A DNA stretch of 34,250 nucleotides from an uncultured Bacillales bacterium. GTDB lineage: Bacteria; Bacillota_I; Bacilli_A; RFN20; CAG-826. The notes beneath the pieces were generated by a model. It had not been told where the DNA came from, made no database searches, and saw nothing but the letters and a program-made list of their open reading frames with translations. The stretch covers positions 1 through 34,250 of the forward strand of contig CAMIVH010000002.1 in assembly GCA_946401755.1 (NCBI GenBank), given 5' to 3'. Position 1 is the first letter of the stretch. Each line of letters starts with the position of its first letter. Positions 23,769 through 32,603 of this stretch are shown piece after piece. A program made the position numbers and the translations under genes.

Positions 23769-24389
23769 ATGACTTGGCAAATATTATTAACAATCTTCTT
23801 TTTAGGCTTGGGTTTAGCAATGGATGCTTTTTCTGTCGCTCTTACTGATGGTCTTACTTATAGCGATATCAATAAAAAGAAATCATTCTTTATTGCCGGG
23901 ACCTTTGGTTTCATGCAAGCATTAATGCCTTTAATTGGTTTCTGGCTTGTTGAAATCGTTGAAACCATAGCAGGAGACCTTGCGGGTGAACAAGCCGGTC
24001 ATATCGCCTCAATCGTAGTGAAGTGGGCAGCCTTTGGCTTATTACTCTTCATCGGTGGCAAGATGATTATCGAATCTATTATTGAATTAAGAAAACCCGC
24101 TGAAGAAAAAACTTCAAAGAAGTTCTCTTTCAAAGAAGTTATTTTCTATGGCTTTGTGACTGCAATTGATGCATTAGCCGCAGGCGTTACACTTCATGCA
24201 GGCTTATCAAATACCGCGACTGTTTGGTTACATGTCTCTATTATCTTAATAGTGACATTCATTATGTCTTTAATCGGTTTGTTCTTAGGTAAACAAATCT
24301 TGAAATTATTAAAAGGCCGCTACGAGATATCAGGTATCATCGGCGGCACTATCTTAATTATTCTTGCGGTTGTAGTGGTTCTCTTCTAA
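23769..24389 (+). CDS. mntP: manganese efflux pump, MntP family
   Basis: Six-TM protein with duplicated DAF(S)V / DALAAG motifs (LAMDAFSVALTDG, AIDALAAGVTL). It starts 1 nt after the GNAT stop codon. Confidence 0.8.
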   Translation: MTWQILLTIFFLGLGLAMDAFSVALTDGLTYSDINKKKSFFIAGTFGFMQALMPLIGFWLVEIVETIAGDLAGEQAGHIASIVVKWAAFGLLLFIGGKMIIESIIELRKPAEEKTSKKFSFKEVIFYGFVTAIDALAAGVTLHAGLSNTATVWLHVSIILIVTFIMSLIGLFLGKQILKLLKGRYEISGIIGGTILIILAVVVVLF

Positions 24390-25779
24390 TAGAATCATCT
24401 AGTTTCTTTAAATCCTTTGGAAGAGTAACTGCGATTGCTATGACGTTACATGTCGTAGCGATAACCCATGTGATTGGGAATAAAGCATAGAGCCAGAAGA
24501 CTGTATGGAACATTTCAACATTGTTGAAAATGGTTAAAATCAAAAGAATTCTTAGACCGGTACAGCACACTAAAGTGGTGACCATTGGGAACGTGGATCT
24601 TTTCATACCACGCAATGTTGCAGCGGTGAACGCCATTGTAAAGTCAAAGAAATATAAATAGCCCATCAAGCTAAGTCTCGTATAACCAGCGGCAATAGAT
24701 TCTTCGTTATCAACAAATAGTGATAGAAGTGGTCTATGTAATAGAAGGGTTACTAAAGCGATGATTAAGCAGAATATTGCACCCCACGTTAAACCAAAGA
24801 GAATGCTCTTCTTGATATTCTCTTTTTTCTTTGCACCAGTGTTCGCAGCGATATATGTCATCGTGGATACAGCGATTGCATCACAAACCGCAAAGAAATA
24901 GCCTTCGATATTACCAGAAGCAGTGGCCCCGTTTTCTAAATTAACGTTACCTGGATCAATTGTATATAACGATGATTGAATAAAGACATTTGGTAAAGAG
25001 AAGAAGAAACCTTGTAAGCCTGCTGGTAAACCAATCTTGAGTACTTCCAAAAGTACTGGACCATCAATTCTAAACCCTTTTATTTTCAAACTGACATAGT
25101 TACGTTTGCCTTTGATTAAAACAAATAAGCAAATAAGCGCGGAAACCGCTTCGGCAATAATAGTGGCTAAAGCCACACCCGCAACACCCATATGCATTGG
25201 GAAAACAAACAAACAGTCAGCACCAACGTTAATTGCACCTGCAATCATTAGTGCTAAAAATGGTGAGAGTGAATCACCTTGTGCTCTTAATAATTGAGCA
25301 GCATAGTTATAAACCATTAAGAATGGTAAACCACAGAAATAGATCTTTAAATATAACGCCGCTTTAGTGAAATAGTGGGTTTCTGTACCCATTAACTCTA
25401 ATAAATTATCACTAATAAAGAAGCCTAAAACACCAACAAAGAAACCAGAGATAATAGCAAAGATAAGCGAGGTATGTAGTACTTTGCTTGCTTTTTCTTG
25501 ATTGCCAGCGCCCTTAGCTTCAGATAAGACAACGTTTGCACCAAGAGAGACACCAGTGAACACCACAATAATTAAATTGATAAGAGCGGTGTTAGAAGCA
25601 ATTGCACCCATCGATTCAGCGGAATCACCATAATGGACAGTGGTTAAGTCAATCGTGGTGTATAGAAGTTGCATTATTGTGGTAAGCATCGCTGGTATAG
25701 CAAAAAGGATTATCTTGAAGAAGATATTTCCAGTTGTCATATCGCGTGGCTTAAAGATGTGAGCAATTCTTTTTATCAT
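24358..25779 (-). CDS. MATE-family efflux transporter
   Basis: 473 aa, twelve-TM profile, typical MATE N-terminus (ILFAIPAMLTTIMQLLYTTIDL). Its 3' end overlaps the mntP 3' end by 32 nt (convergent genes). Confidence 0.9.
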   Translation of the reverse strand: MIKRIAHIFKPRDMTTGNIFFKIILFAIPAMLTTIMQLLYTTIDLTTVHYGDSAESMGAIASNTALINLIIVVFTGVSLGANVVLSEAKGAGNQEKASKVLHTSLIFAIISGFFVGVLGFFISDNLLELMGTETHYFTKAALYLKIYFCGLPFLMVYNYAAQLLRAQGDSLSPFLALMIAGAINVGADCLFVFPMHMGVAGVALATIIAEAVSALICLFVLIKGKRNYVSLKIKGFRIDGPVLLEVLKIGLPAGLQGFFFSLPNVFIQSSLYTIDPGNVNLENGATASGNIEGYFFAVCDAIAVSTMTYIAANTGAKKKENIKKSILFGLTWGAIFCLIIALVTLLLHRPLLSLFVDNEESIAAGYTRLSLMGYLYFFDFTMAFTAATLRGMKRSTFPMVTTLVCCTGLRILLILTIFNNVEMFHTVFWLYALFPITWVIATTCNVIAIAVTLPKDLKKLDDSIRREPLQPQE

Positions 25780-25828
25780 GGCAAAAATTATATGCTTTAT
25801 ATTTATTAAAGCAAGCGATTTGCTTTTA

Positions 25829-25857
25829 AAAGAAAAAGGGAACTGTAATGTTCCCTT
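25829..25857 (-). terminator. intrinsic terminator of the CotH-like gene (minus strand)
   Basis: On the minus strand: agggaac-attacag-gttccct followed by a T-run (the plus-strand A-run at 25831-25837). Confidence 0.7.
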
Positions 25858-25859
25858 AT

Positions 25860-27689
25860 CTATTTGAATATTTGATCAAGTGATTTCTTTCTATCACTTA
25901 ACCATTTAGTTAAATAATCAACTGCATCTTGATGTGTCTTAAAGTTTCTAGCGACATCTGGAGTGTATTTAGGAGTGATTTGTCCTAAGTTATTCCATTT
26001 TTCATAGTTCTTGGCATAATCACTCTTAAATGCGGAAGCGAAGTAATTGGCCTGCGCTGTTGCGCCTTCTAAGATTTGTGAGTTTTGGAAGACACTATAG
26101 TATTTCTTAAACATACTTTTAAAGAAGTCAGTTCTGTAGAACATAAAGAACCATGGGTTGAAATTACCTTGATTCTTAGAACAGTATTCTCCTGAACTAC
26201 CATAGCATTCACTAGTGTTGACGTTACCGCTGCTCCAGTCAAAATCCCAAGGAGCACCAAAAGTGAGACGTTTATATTTACTAGTGCTGGAAAAGTCCAC
26301 GAACATATAGAAACTACCAAAGCCAACATCAACATCTTTCATATATTCATGCAATAAATACATCTTAAAGACTGATTCTAAATCAATAATGGAATTAAGT
26401 GTTTCATATTGGCTGGTGTATGGAGAAGCCACTAAATTATTGTTTTCATCTAAAACAAATAAGCCATCACCATGAACCGCTTTATACAAAGCGTAATAAA
26501 CGTTAGTTAAATAATTCTTAATATAGTTAACTTGGTCTTGCGAATAAACATCAGTCTTAACTGCGTATTCTTTTTTATAAAGTGAAACGCCATCAAGTTT
26601 ATCTGGCTGTTCGCCACCTCCCCAGCCACCGCCACCAGGGAACATGGACCAGTCATTACCCTTACCAACGGAGAAGTAATAATCTTCTTCGCTAGCGCGG
26701 CTATCTAGTTCGATTAAATAGCCAACATCTGTGCCGGTATAGTTCTTAGCGGCTTCGTTAATTTGAATGCGTTTAGAATTAGCTTGTTGTTGCTCTGCTA
26801 AAACGTAAACGCCATTATATTTACCATTAAGGTAAACCTGGACAGGCATATAGTCTGAACTATAGTTATTTGAATAATTGAATAATGAGTTACCTAAGTA
26901 GAACGCAGTGGAGTTTCTGACCATTGATTGATCAGCGTATTCCGCGAGTAAAACCCAACTCTTAGCTTTTGCGCCATGATTTAAACCAAGCATATTAGTT
27001 TTGCTACTAAATTTGATACGATATGGTTTCTTATCATATGTCATTGTGCCATTGCCACGGCATCTAATTTCACCAGGTACATCAGTCAGTTTATAAGCAT
27101 CAAGACAGTTATCTGTCGACAAAGTCATCGCGACATAAGTTTCTTTAGATTCTACTGGTTTGTTATCGGTGTCAATTCTTATATTAGGCATACCAGTGTT
27201 ATCAATTATATTGATATTAGCTTTCTTTTGATCTATCAATTGATGCTTTTCATCATAGACTCTCGCGATAGCTTCTTGACTGCCTTTTTCTTTGCGAACG
27301 TTGTTTTCATATTCAACAGTGCAGCCATAAGGAATCATGCCTTTAATAGTTAAGTAGTGGTCCTTATCATCAAACATAAAAGATTGATCAGCGAATGTGT
27401 ATTCATTCAAATCATAACTAGCGTTTTCATATTTTTCTTGTCCACATTTAGAGCAGACATATTTAGCGCCCTTACTTTGAATAATTGTTGGTGCGTCATT
27501 CTCATCGCTTGAATAAACAAAATCATGTTCACAAACACTAGAAGTGGAAGTGTTAGATGAAGAAGATGGTTTAGAGGAAACACTGTTAAAAGATGAACTA
27601 TCGGAAGAAGCAGAGTTAACTACATTGCATCCAGTAATCATTCCTATTAATGCTAAAAGCATCACACTCTTTTTTACTAATGGCTTCAT
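25860..27689 (-). CDS. lipoprotein with a CotH (spore-coat kinase-like) domain and a Ser-rich linker
   Basis: Lipobox ITGC (Cys21). Ser-rich linker at nt 27537-27614. CotH-type blocks KKPYRIKF, LNGKYNGVYVLAEQ and APWDFDWSSG. Confidence 0.75.
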   Translation of the reverse strand: MKPLVKKSVMLLALIGMITGCNVVNSASSDSSSFNSVSSKPSSSSNTSTSSVCEHDFVYSSDENDAPTIIQSKGAKYVCSKCGQEKYENASYDLNEYTFADQSFMFDDKDHYLTIKGMIPYGCTVEYENNVRKEKGSQEAIARVYDEKHQLIDQKKANINIIDNTGMPNIRIDTDNKPVESKETYVAMTLSTDNCLDAYKLTDVPGEIRCRGNGTMTYDKKPYRIKFSSKTNMLGLNHGAKAKSWVLLAEYADQSMVRNSTAFYLGNSLFNYSNNYSSDYMPVQVYLNGKYNGVYVLAEQQQANSKRIQINEAAKNYTGTDVGYLIELDSRASEEDYYFSVGKGNDWSMFPGGGGWGGGEQPDKLDGVSLYKKEYAVKTDVYSQDQVNYIKNYLTNVYYALYKAVHGDGLFVLDENNNLVASPYTSQYETLNSIIDLESVFKMYLLHEYMKDVDVGFGSFYMFVDFSSTSKYKRLTFGAPWDFDWSSGNVNTSECYGSSGEYCSKNQGNFNPWFFMFYRTDFFKSMFKKYYSVFQNSQILEGATAQANYFASAFKSDYAKNYEKWNNLGQITPKYTPDVARNFKTHQDAVDYLTKWLSDRKKSLDQIFK

Positions 27690-27748
27690 AAAAACAAATT
27701 CTTTTGATATTTACTATTATAAATATAAACCACAAAACCTTAAATAAA

Positions 27749-27778
27749 ACAAAAAAGAGGTTCATACCTGACCCTCTT
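27749..27778 (-). terminator. intrinsic terminator downstream of tRNA-Met (minus strand)
   Basis: On the minus strand: aagagg-loop-cctctt followed by a T-run. Confidence 0.6.
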
Positions 27779-27789
27779 AGTAAACAATT

Positions 27790-27866
27790 TGGTAGCTGGA
27801 GGCGGATTCGAACCGTCGACCGACCGGGTATGAACCGATTGCTCTAGCCAGCTGAGCTATCCAGCC
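27790..27866 (-). tRNA. elongator tRNA-Met (anticodon CAU)
   Basis: The reverse complement folds as a 77-nt cloverleaf with encoded CCA. Anticodon loop ttCATac. It closely resembles Bacillus-type elongator Met (TAGCTCAGCTGGCTAGAGC...GGTTCATACCCG). There is one A:C mismatch in the T-stem. Confidence 0.9.
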
Positions 27867-27894
27867 AAATCGCTTGTCGTGCAAGCAAGTAGTA

Positions 27895-27923
27895 ATTATA
27901 TAGAAAAGAGTGGCACATAGCAA
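27895..27923 (-). promoter_or_regulatory. putative promoter of tRNA-Met
   Basis: On the minus strand: TTGCTA (plus 27918-27923), a 17-nt spacer, then TATAAT (plus 27895-27900). It lies 28 nt upstream of the mature 5' end. Confidence 0.45.
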
Positions 27924-28053
27924 GTCAAGTTTTTAAAATTTTTATATTCTTGTTGAGTTATGAATTGTCTAACCAGTAAAATATAATCCCAAGCACCTAA
28001 ATATAGTGCTTTTTATATTAATAAATACTAGAATGTAGAAAGAGCCAAAAATT

Positions 28054-28494
28054 ATGCCAAATTGTCGTAACTGTGGGGCACGTTTATCCAAATTTGACAC
28101 AGATCTCTGCCCCGTCTGTGGAATCAAAAATCCTTTAGAAGGCACAAGTAGTGAGACTGTCGAAATCACTTCACAAATAGATTTAAGTGAAATGAAAGAA
28201 GGACAAAAAGTCCTTAGACGTCGCAAAAAGATGATTGCCTATTTTTATGCTCTTGGTTTTACAGGTTTGGCTTATTTCTACATCAAGAAATATGTTTTAG
28301 GTTTAATTTGGCTAATCGCTAACCTCGCGGTTATCGGTGGCTTATTCGCGGTATTTTACTTCGCGGCCCACGCTCATATCGCTGTAGCTATTATTATCCC
28401 TATTTTAATTGCTTACGCTATTAACGCTGTTGTAGCGACTGTATATAATTTCATGCCTGATATTAAAGATGGTGAAGGAGAGTTCATTGTTTAA
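28054..28494 (+). CDS. zinc-ribbon plus TM2-like membrane protein
   Basis: N-terminal CxxC-N12-CxxC (CRNCG...CPVCG) followed by two or three TM helices with a TM2-domain-like pattern. TAATG overlap with rsmE. Confidence 0.6.
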   Translation: MPNCRNCGARLSKFDTDLCPVCGIKNPLEGTSSETVEITSQIDLSEMKEGQKVLRRRKKMIAYFYALGFTGLAYFYIKKYVLGLIWLIANLAVIGGLFAVFYFAAHAHIAVAIIIPILIAYAINAVVATVYNFMPDIKDGEGEFIV

Positions 28495-29207
28495 TGCAAC
28501 GTTACTTTGCTTCTTTGTTAGACACTGAACACGTTCAATTAACTAAAGACGATGAACATCACCTTTTACATGTTATGCGCATGAAGAAGGATGATGAAAT
28601 TGAAGCTGTCGCTGATAATAAACTCTATCTATGCAAAATCAAGAGTTTAAATCCTCTTGATATTTATATTGTTCACGAACTTAAAAGTGACGTGGAATTA
28701 CCAGTAGATGTCACTTTATTATTTGCTCTCACCAAAGGTGATAAAATCGATTTAGTGGTGCAAAAGGCCACTGAATTAGGCGTTAAGAATATCGCTTTAA
28801 TTCAAAGCGAAAGAACCGTGGTGAAATACGATAACAAAGATATCGATAAGAAGATTCAACGCTTCCAAAAGATTATGAAAGAAGCTAGTGAACAATCTCA
28901 TCGACTAGTGGTGCCAAATCTTATTGGCATCTATAACTTAAAGCAACTACCTAAAGAAGCCTTTAGTGATCTTAACTATATCGCTTATGAAAAAGAAGCG
29001 GGCGACACTAGAGAAGCATTCGCGGATGTCGATAAGAACAAATCAGTTTCTATCCTTGTCGGTCCAGAAGGTGGTTTTTCTGAAGAAGAAGTTAATAACC
29101 TTGTTAAACAAGGTTTCATAAGAACATCCTTAGGCAAGCGCATCTTACGCGCGGAAACCGCCGCTATCTATGCCTTAAGTGTGTTAGGATATCTATTAGA
29201 GAAATGA
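28494..29207 (+). CDS. rsmE: 16S rRNA (uracil1498-N3)-methyltransferase RsmE
   Basis: 237 aa. PUA-like N-terminus and SPOUT C-terminus with GPEGGFSEEE and LGKRILRAETA. Confidence 0.9.
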   Translation: MQRYFASLLDTEHVQLTKDDEHHLLHVMRMKKDDEIEAVADNKLYLCKIKSLNPLDIYIVHELKSDVELPVDVTLLFALTKGDKIDLVVQKATELGVKNIALIQSERTVVKYDNKDIDKKIQRFQKIMKEASEQSHRLVVPNLIGIYNLKQLPKEAFSDLNYIAYEKEAGDTREAFADVDKNKSVSILVGPEGGFSEEEVNNLVKQGFIRTSLGKRILRAETAAIYALSVLGYLLEK

Positions 29208-29986
29208 AAAAGTTATTAAGATACATTGCTAACAAAGCTAAAAGGAGAACGGAATTCGAACAAAGCGAAGAATATCTCTTCTTTTTAGAGAACCGTCATT
29301 ACTTAACTAGAATTCCACGTTTCGTTTCGTTCTACGAACCAGGTGATGAACCATTTAATGTCATTAGAGCAAATGTCATCCTTTATGGCTATATCAATAA
29401 GATGGCAATGGAAAATGAAACTGAAAGTCTTAAGGGCTATATCAACACTAAAAACAAAAACAACCACGCTAATTTCGTGAAATCATTCCATGAAATCATT
29501 TCTGAACAACCATATTACCAAGAAGGTCAAAAGAAGATTTATATCCCGTTTTTCTCTCGCTCATTAAATCAAATCTACTTTGATGAACCAGAAAAATTGT
29601 TAACCTCTCCTTACGCTGGCCTTAAGGATAAGTTTCAAGATACAGTCGTGGATCCATTTGATACTTATGGTAGTGAGTTATACAACTCCCATTTCTCTAG
29701 ACTAGTTAAAGTCAGACAAGATGATAAAGAAACCGCTTTCTTCCATTACGACACTAATACAATTTACTTTGTGAATGAACAAGGTAGATTAGATGGTACC
29801 GTAGTGTTATTTGACCGTTATTTACGTCGTCCTTCCTATTCGCACATGCTAGAAAGAATTAGACCAGTCGTGGATGCTTATTTCAATTTTGATAGAGAAG
29901 GCTTTATAAGTGCTTTATATGATAATGGTTTCATTTCAAACCACTTATTACACTTAATTAGATTCCACGATTGGGCCAAATTATGA
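29204..29986 (+). CDS. hypothetical cytoplasmic protein, 260 aa, translationally coupled on both sides
   Basis: ATGA overlaps with both rsmE (29204-29207) and mtaB (29983-29986). No recognisable motifs. Confidence 0.7.
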   Translation: MKKLLRYIANKAKRRTEFEQSEEYLFFLENRHYLTRIPRFVSFYEPGDEPFNVIRANVILYGYINKMAMENETESLKGYINTKNKNNHANFVKSFHEIISEQPYYQEGQKKIYIPFFSRSLNQIYFDEPEKLLTSPYAGLKDKFQDTVVDPFDTYGSELYNSHFSRLVKVRQDDKETAFFHYDTNTIYFVNEQGRLDGTVVLFDRYLRRPSYSHMLERIRPVVDAYFNFDREGFISALYDNGFISNHLLHLIRFHDWAKL

Positions 29987-31245
29987 AAACATTTTCCGTA
30001 TACAATTTAGGCTGTAAAGTTAACGCTTATGAACTAAGCGCTATTTCGTCATTACTCATAAAAGAAGGTTTTAAAGAAGATAATGAAAACCCAGATGTGG
30101 TTATTATTAATACTTGTTCAGTAACCGCGACCGCGGATCAAAAAAGCCGTCAACATATCCGTAAAATGCAAAAACTCTATCCTAACGCTGTTATCGCAGT
30201 GATGGGTTGCTACGCGCAAGGAAACTACAAGTTTATCGAAGAAGAGATTAAACCTACAATTCTTTTAGGTACCTCTCATCGTAAAGATGTCGTGGAACTC
30301 ATAAAGCAAGCTTTAAATGACCATGAATATAAAACTCTTATCGAAGAAAACACTAGACAATTTGAATACGAAGAATTAGGTATCACATCTTATAGTGAAA
30401 ACGTTAGAGCGTTCCTTAAGATTCAAGATGGCTGTAATAACTTCTGCACATACTGCATCGTCCCTTATAGACGCGGTAAAATGCGTTCTAGACAAAAAGA
30501 AAACGTTATTAACGAAGCCAAGTATCTTGTAGAACAAGGCTATCAAGAAATCGTTCTATCTGGTATCCATGTCGGTGGCTATGGCCAAGATTTAAAAGAT
30601 TGTTCCTTCTCTGATCTCGTAGAGGAACTTAGCAATATCCCAAATCTTAAGAGTCTAAGAATCTCCTCTATTGAGGAAAGTGAAATTGATGATAAGTTAA
30701 TCGATTTGATTAAAACAAAAGACAATTTAGCCAAACACTTACACATCCCACTTCAAAGTGGTTCCACTCATGTCTTAAAGATGATGAACCGTAAATACAC
30801 TAGAGATCAGTTCATCAATCGCATTAAACAAATTAAGGAACAAGTTCCTAACGTGATGATTTCAGGTGATGTCATCGTCGGCTTCCCTCAAGAAAGCGAA
30901 GAAGACTTTATGGACACATATAATCTCTGCAAAGAGTGCTTTGATATGCTACACGTATTCCCATATAGCCAACGCCCAGGCACAGTCGCAGCCCGTATGG
31001 AAGGCCAAATCTCTCCAGAAGTGAAGAAGGATAGAAGTAGACGCCTTCTTGCCTTAGGCGAAGAACTATACGCTACATACGCAAATAAGTTGGTCGGCCA
31101 AGAAGTGACTGTTTTAATTGAAAAATACGATGAAAAACAACAAGCATATATTGGTCATACAAGTAATTATTTAGAGGTGAAGATTCCTTTGGAATCTAAA
31201 GTTGGTGAATATAAGACAATAAAACTACAAAAAGATATGATATAA
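29983..31245 (+). CDS. mtaB: tRNA (t6A37) methylthiotransferase MtaB (radical SAM MTTase)
   Basis: MTTase N-terminus YNLGCKVNAYE, radical-SAM CNNFCTYC, C-terminal TRAM domain. Start moved to the ATG at 29983 (MKTF), which overlaps the upstream stop codon. Confidence 0.9.
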   Translation: MKTFSVYNLGCKVNAYELSAISSLLIKEGFKEDNENPDVVIINTCSVTATADQKSRQHIRKMQKLYPNAVIAVMGCYAQGNYKFIEEEIKPTILLGTSHRKDVVELIKQALNDHEYKTLIEENTRQFEYEELGITSYSENVRAFLKIQDGCNNFCTYCIVPYRRGKMRSRQKENVINEAKYLVEQGYQEIVLSGIHVGGYGQDLKDCSFSDLVEELSNIPNLKSLRISSIEESEIDDKLIDLIKTKDNLAKHLHIPLQSGSTHVLKMMNRKYTRDQFINRIKQIKEQVPNVMISGDVIVGFPQESEEDFMDTYNLCKECFDMLHVFPYSQRPGTVAARMEGQISPEVKKDRSRRLLALGEELYATYANKLVGQEVTVLIEKYDEKQQAYIGHTSNYLEVKIPLESKVGEYKTIKLQKDMI

Positions 31246-31287
31246 TCTAAATAAATTACGATAATTTAGAAGATGTCTAAAAACGTA

Positions 31288-31316
31288 TTGACTAAATAGT
31301 ACTATTTATATATACT
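31288..31316 (+). promoter_or_regulatory. putative promoter of rpmF
   Basis: TTGACT (31288-31293), a 17-nt spacer, then TATACT (31311-31316). Confidence 0.5.
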
Positions 31317-31344
31317 AATTCCCGTTGCTAAGGAGGAAGACACT

Positions 31345-31593
31345 ATGGCCGTCCCACAAAGAAGAATTAGTAAAACAAGAAAAAGATTAAGAAGAACACA
31401 TTTCAAGTTAAACGTTACAGGTTTAGTCACATGCCCACAATGTGGTGCGATGATCAAAGCTCACCATGTTTGTCCAAAATGTGGTTACTACGCTGGTAAA
31501 GCTGTTTTAGTTAATGGCAAACTCGTTAAAGAAGAAAAACCAGCTCCAGCTAAAAAGCCAGCCAAAAAAGCCGCCAAGAAAGCTGAAAAGTAA
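31345..31593 (+). CDS. rpmF: 50S ribosomal protein L32 with a Lys/Ala/Pro-rich C-terminal extension
   Basis: [19 protein letters not shown]... and the zinc-ribbon CPQCG...CPKCG. There are about 25 extra C-terminal residues ([20 protein letters not shown]). RBS aaggagg. Confidence 0.95.
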   Translation: MAVPQRRISKTRKRLRRTHFKLNVTGLVTCPQCGAMIKAHHVCPKCGYYAGKAVLVNGKLVKEEKPAPAKKPAKKAAKKAEK

Positions 31594-31616
31594 TTATTCT
31601 TAACACTTTGTAAGAT

Positions 31617-31644
31617 AAGTCCTTAACTGGACTTTTTCTTTTTG
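31617..31644 (+). terminator. intrinsic terminator of rpmF
   Basis: Stem aagtcc (31617-31622) / ggactt (31629-31634), then a T-rich tail. Confidence 0.75.
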
Positions 31645-31653
31645 TGTTATAAT
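31645..31653 (+). promoter_or_regulatory. extended -10 element (TGtTATAAT) upstream of deoC
   Basis: tgttataat at 31645-31653, about 30 nt upstream of the deoC start. RBS aaaggag. Confidence 0.4.
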
Positions 31654-31681
31654 AAAATGCTTGCAAAGGAGCATATAGACA

Positions 31682-32320
31682 ATGCAATACAATAAACTTA
31701 TTGATCATACTTTATTAAAGCAAGATGCCCAACCAGAACAAATCGTTAAACTTTGTGAAGAAGCCAAACAATTTGATTTCATGTCAGTTTGTGTCAATCC
31801 TGCTTATGTCCCATTAGCGGCCTCTTGCTTAGAAACAAGTGACGTTAAGGTTTGTACCGTTATCGGTTTCCCTCTTGGCATGAACTTAACCAAGACCAAA
31901 GTGGAAGAAGCCGTTTTAGCGGTCAAAGAAGGCGCTGATGAAGTTGATATGGTTATCAATGTTGGTATGTTAAAAGCCGGTCATGATGATTATGTCAGAG
32001 AAGAAATCAGAGAAATCAAACAAGCTGTTGGTCACAATATCATCTTAAAAGTCATTATTGAAACATGCTTATTAAATAACGATGAAATCGTTCGTGCTTG
32101 TAAAGCCGCTAAAGAAGCTGGTGCTGACTTTGTTAAAACAAGTACAGGCTTCTCAACTGGTGGTGCCACTGTTGAAGCAGTGAGACTCATGAGAGAAACA
32201 GTTGGCCCAGAAATGGGCGTTAAAGCCAGTGGTGGTGTGCGTACACACGAAGACTTAATTGCCATGGTTGAAGCGGGTGCTAACCGCATCGGCACATCCA
32301 GTGGTGCGAAAATTATTTAA
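31682..32320 (+). CDS. deoC: deoxyribose-phosphate aldolase
   Basis: 212 aa. IDHTLLK, SVCVNP, DMVINVG, and the Schiff-base Lys region [10 protein letters not shown]. Confidence 0.95.
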   Translation: MQYNKLIDHTLLKQDAQPEQIVKLCEEAKQFDFMSVCVNPAYVPLAASCLETSDVKVCTVIGFPLGMNLTKTKVEEAVLAVKEGADEVDMVINVGMLKAGHDDYVREEIREIKQAVGHNIILKVIIETCLLNNDEIVRACKAAKEAGADFVKTSTGFSTGGATVEAVRLMRETVGPEMGVKASGGVRTHEDLIAMVEAGANRIGTSSGAKII

Positions 32321-32395
32321 TAATAATACTTGCAATAGTTAGACTACTTTGTAATAATAGACACGTTGCGAAAAGCTTCAAGGAGGTGAATAGAC

Positions 32396-32572
32396 ATGCC
32401 AAAGACTTCAGTTCGTGAAAACGAAACATTAGATGATGCTCTTCGTAGATTCAAAAGACAAGTTAATAAAGCTGGCACTATCCAAGAAGCCCGTAAGAGA
32501 GAATTTTTCTTAAAGAAATCTCTTAAGAGAAAAGTGAAAAGCGAAAACGCTCGTCGCAAAAATCGCAAGTAA
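32396..32572 (+). CDS. rpsU: 30S ribosomal protein S21 (absent from the supplied ORF track; 58 aa)
   Basis: Manual translation gives [61 protein letters not shown] aaggagg at 32380-32386. The track's 74-aa minus-strand ORF here is its antisense shadow. Confidence 0.9.
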   Translation: MPKTSVRENETLDDALRRFKRQVNKAGTIQEARKREFFLKKSLKRKVKSENARRKNRK

Positions 32573-32603
32573 TCAATTGCCTGGACTAAACTCCGGGCGA
32601 GAT

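Noticed and set aside
23700-23769. Looked for a yybP-ykoY Mn2+ riboswitch upstream of mntP.
   Set aside because: mntP starts 1 nt after the GNAT stop codon, so there is no room for a leader RNA.
29971-29982. TTG start for mtaB given in the track.
   Set aside because: The ATG at 29983 gives the canonical MTTase N-terminus (MKTFSVYNLGC) and forms an ATGA overlap with the upstream stop codon.
1194-32295. The remaining short ORFs (60-99 aa) in the track that lie inside or antisense to larger genes: 1194-1388, 3051-3257, 5034-5246, 5271-5465, 6624-6806, 7847-8047, 8594-8830, 13894-14169, 14293-14493, 19755-19937, 20157-20378, 20397-20615, 23536-23820, 25106-25297, 26069-26335, 27544-27747, 27969-28226 and 32032-32295.
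   Set aside because: Each lies mostly or wholly within a longer ORF that has clear family motifs. None has an RBS or recognisable motifs, and their compositions are typical of off-frame translation.
32344-32568. 74-aa minus-strand ORF in the supplied track.
   Set aside because: It is antisense to a textbook rpsU (S21) gene on the plus strand (32396-32572), which has a strong RBS. The plus-strand gene is the real feature.
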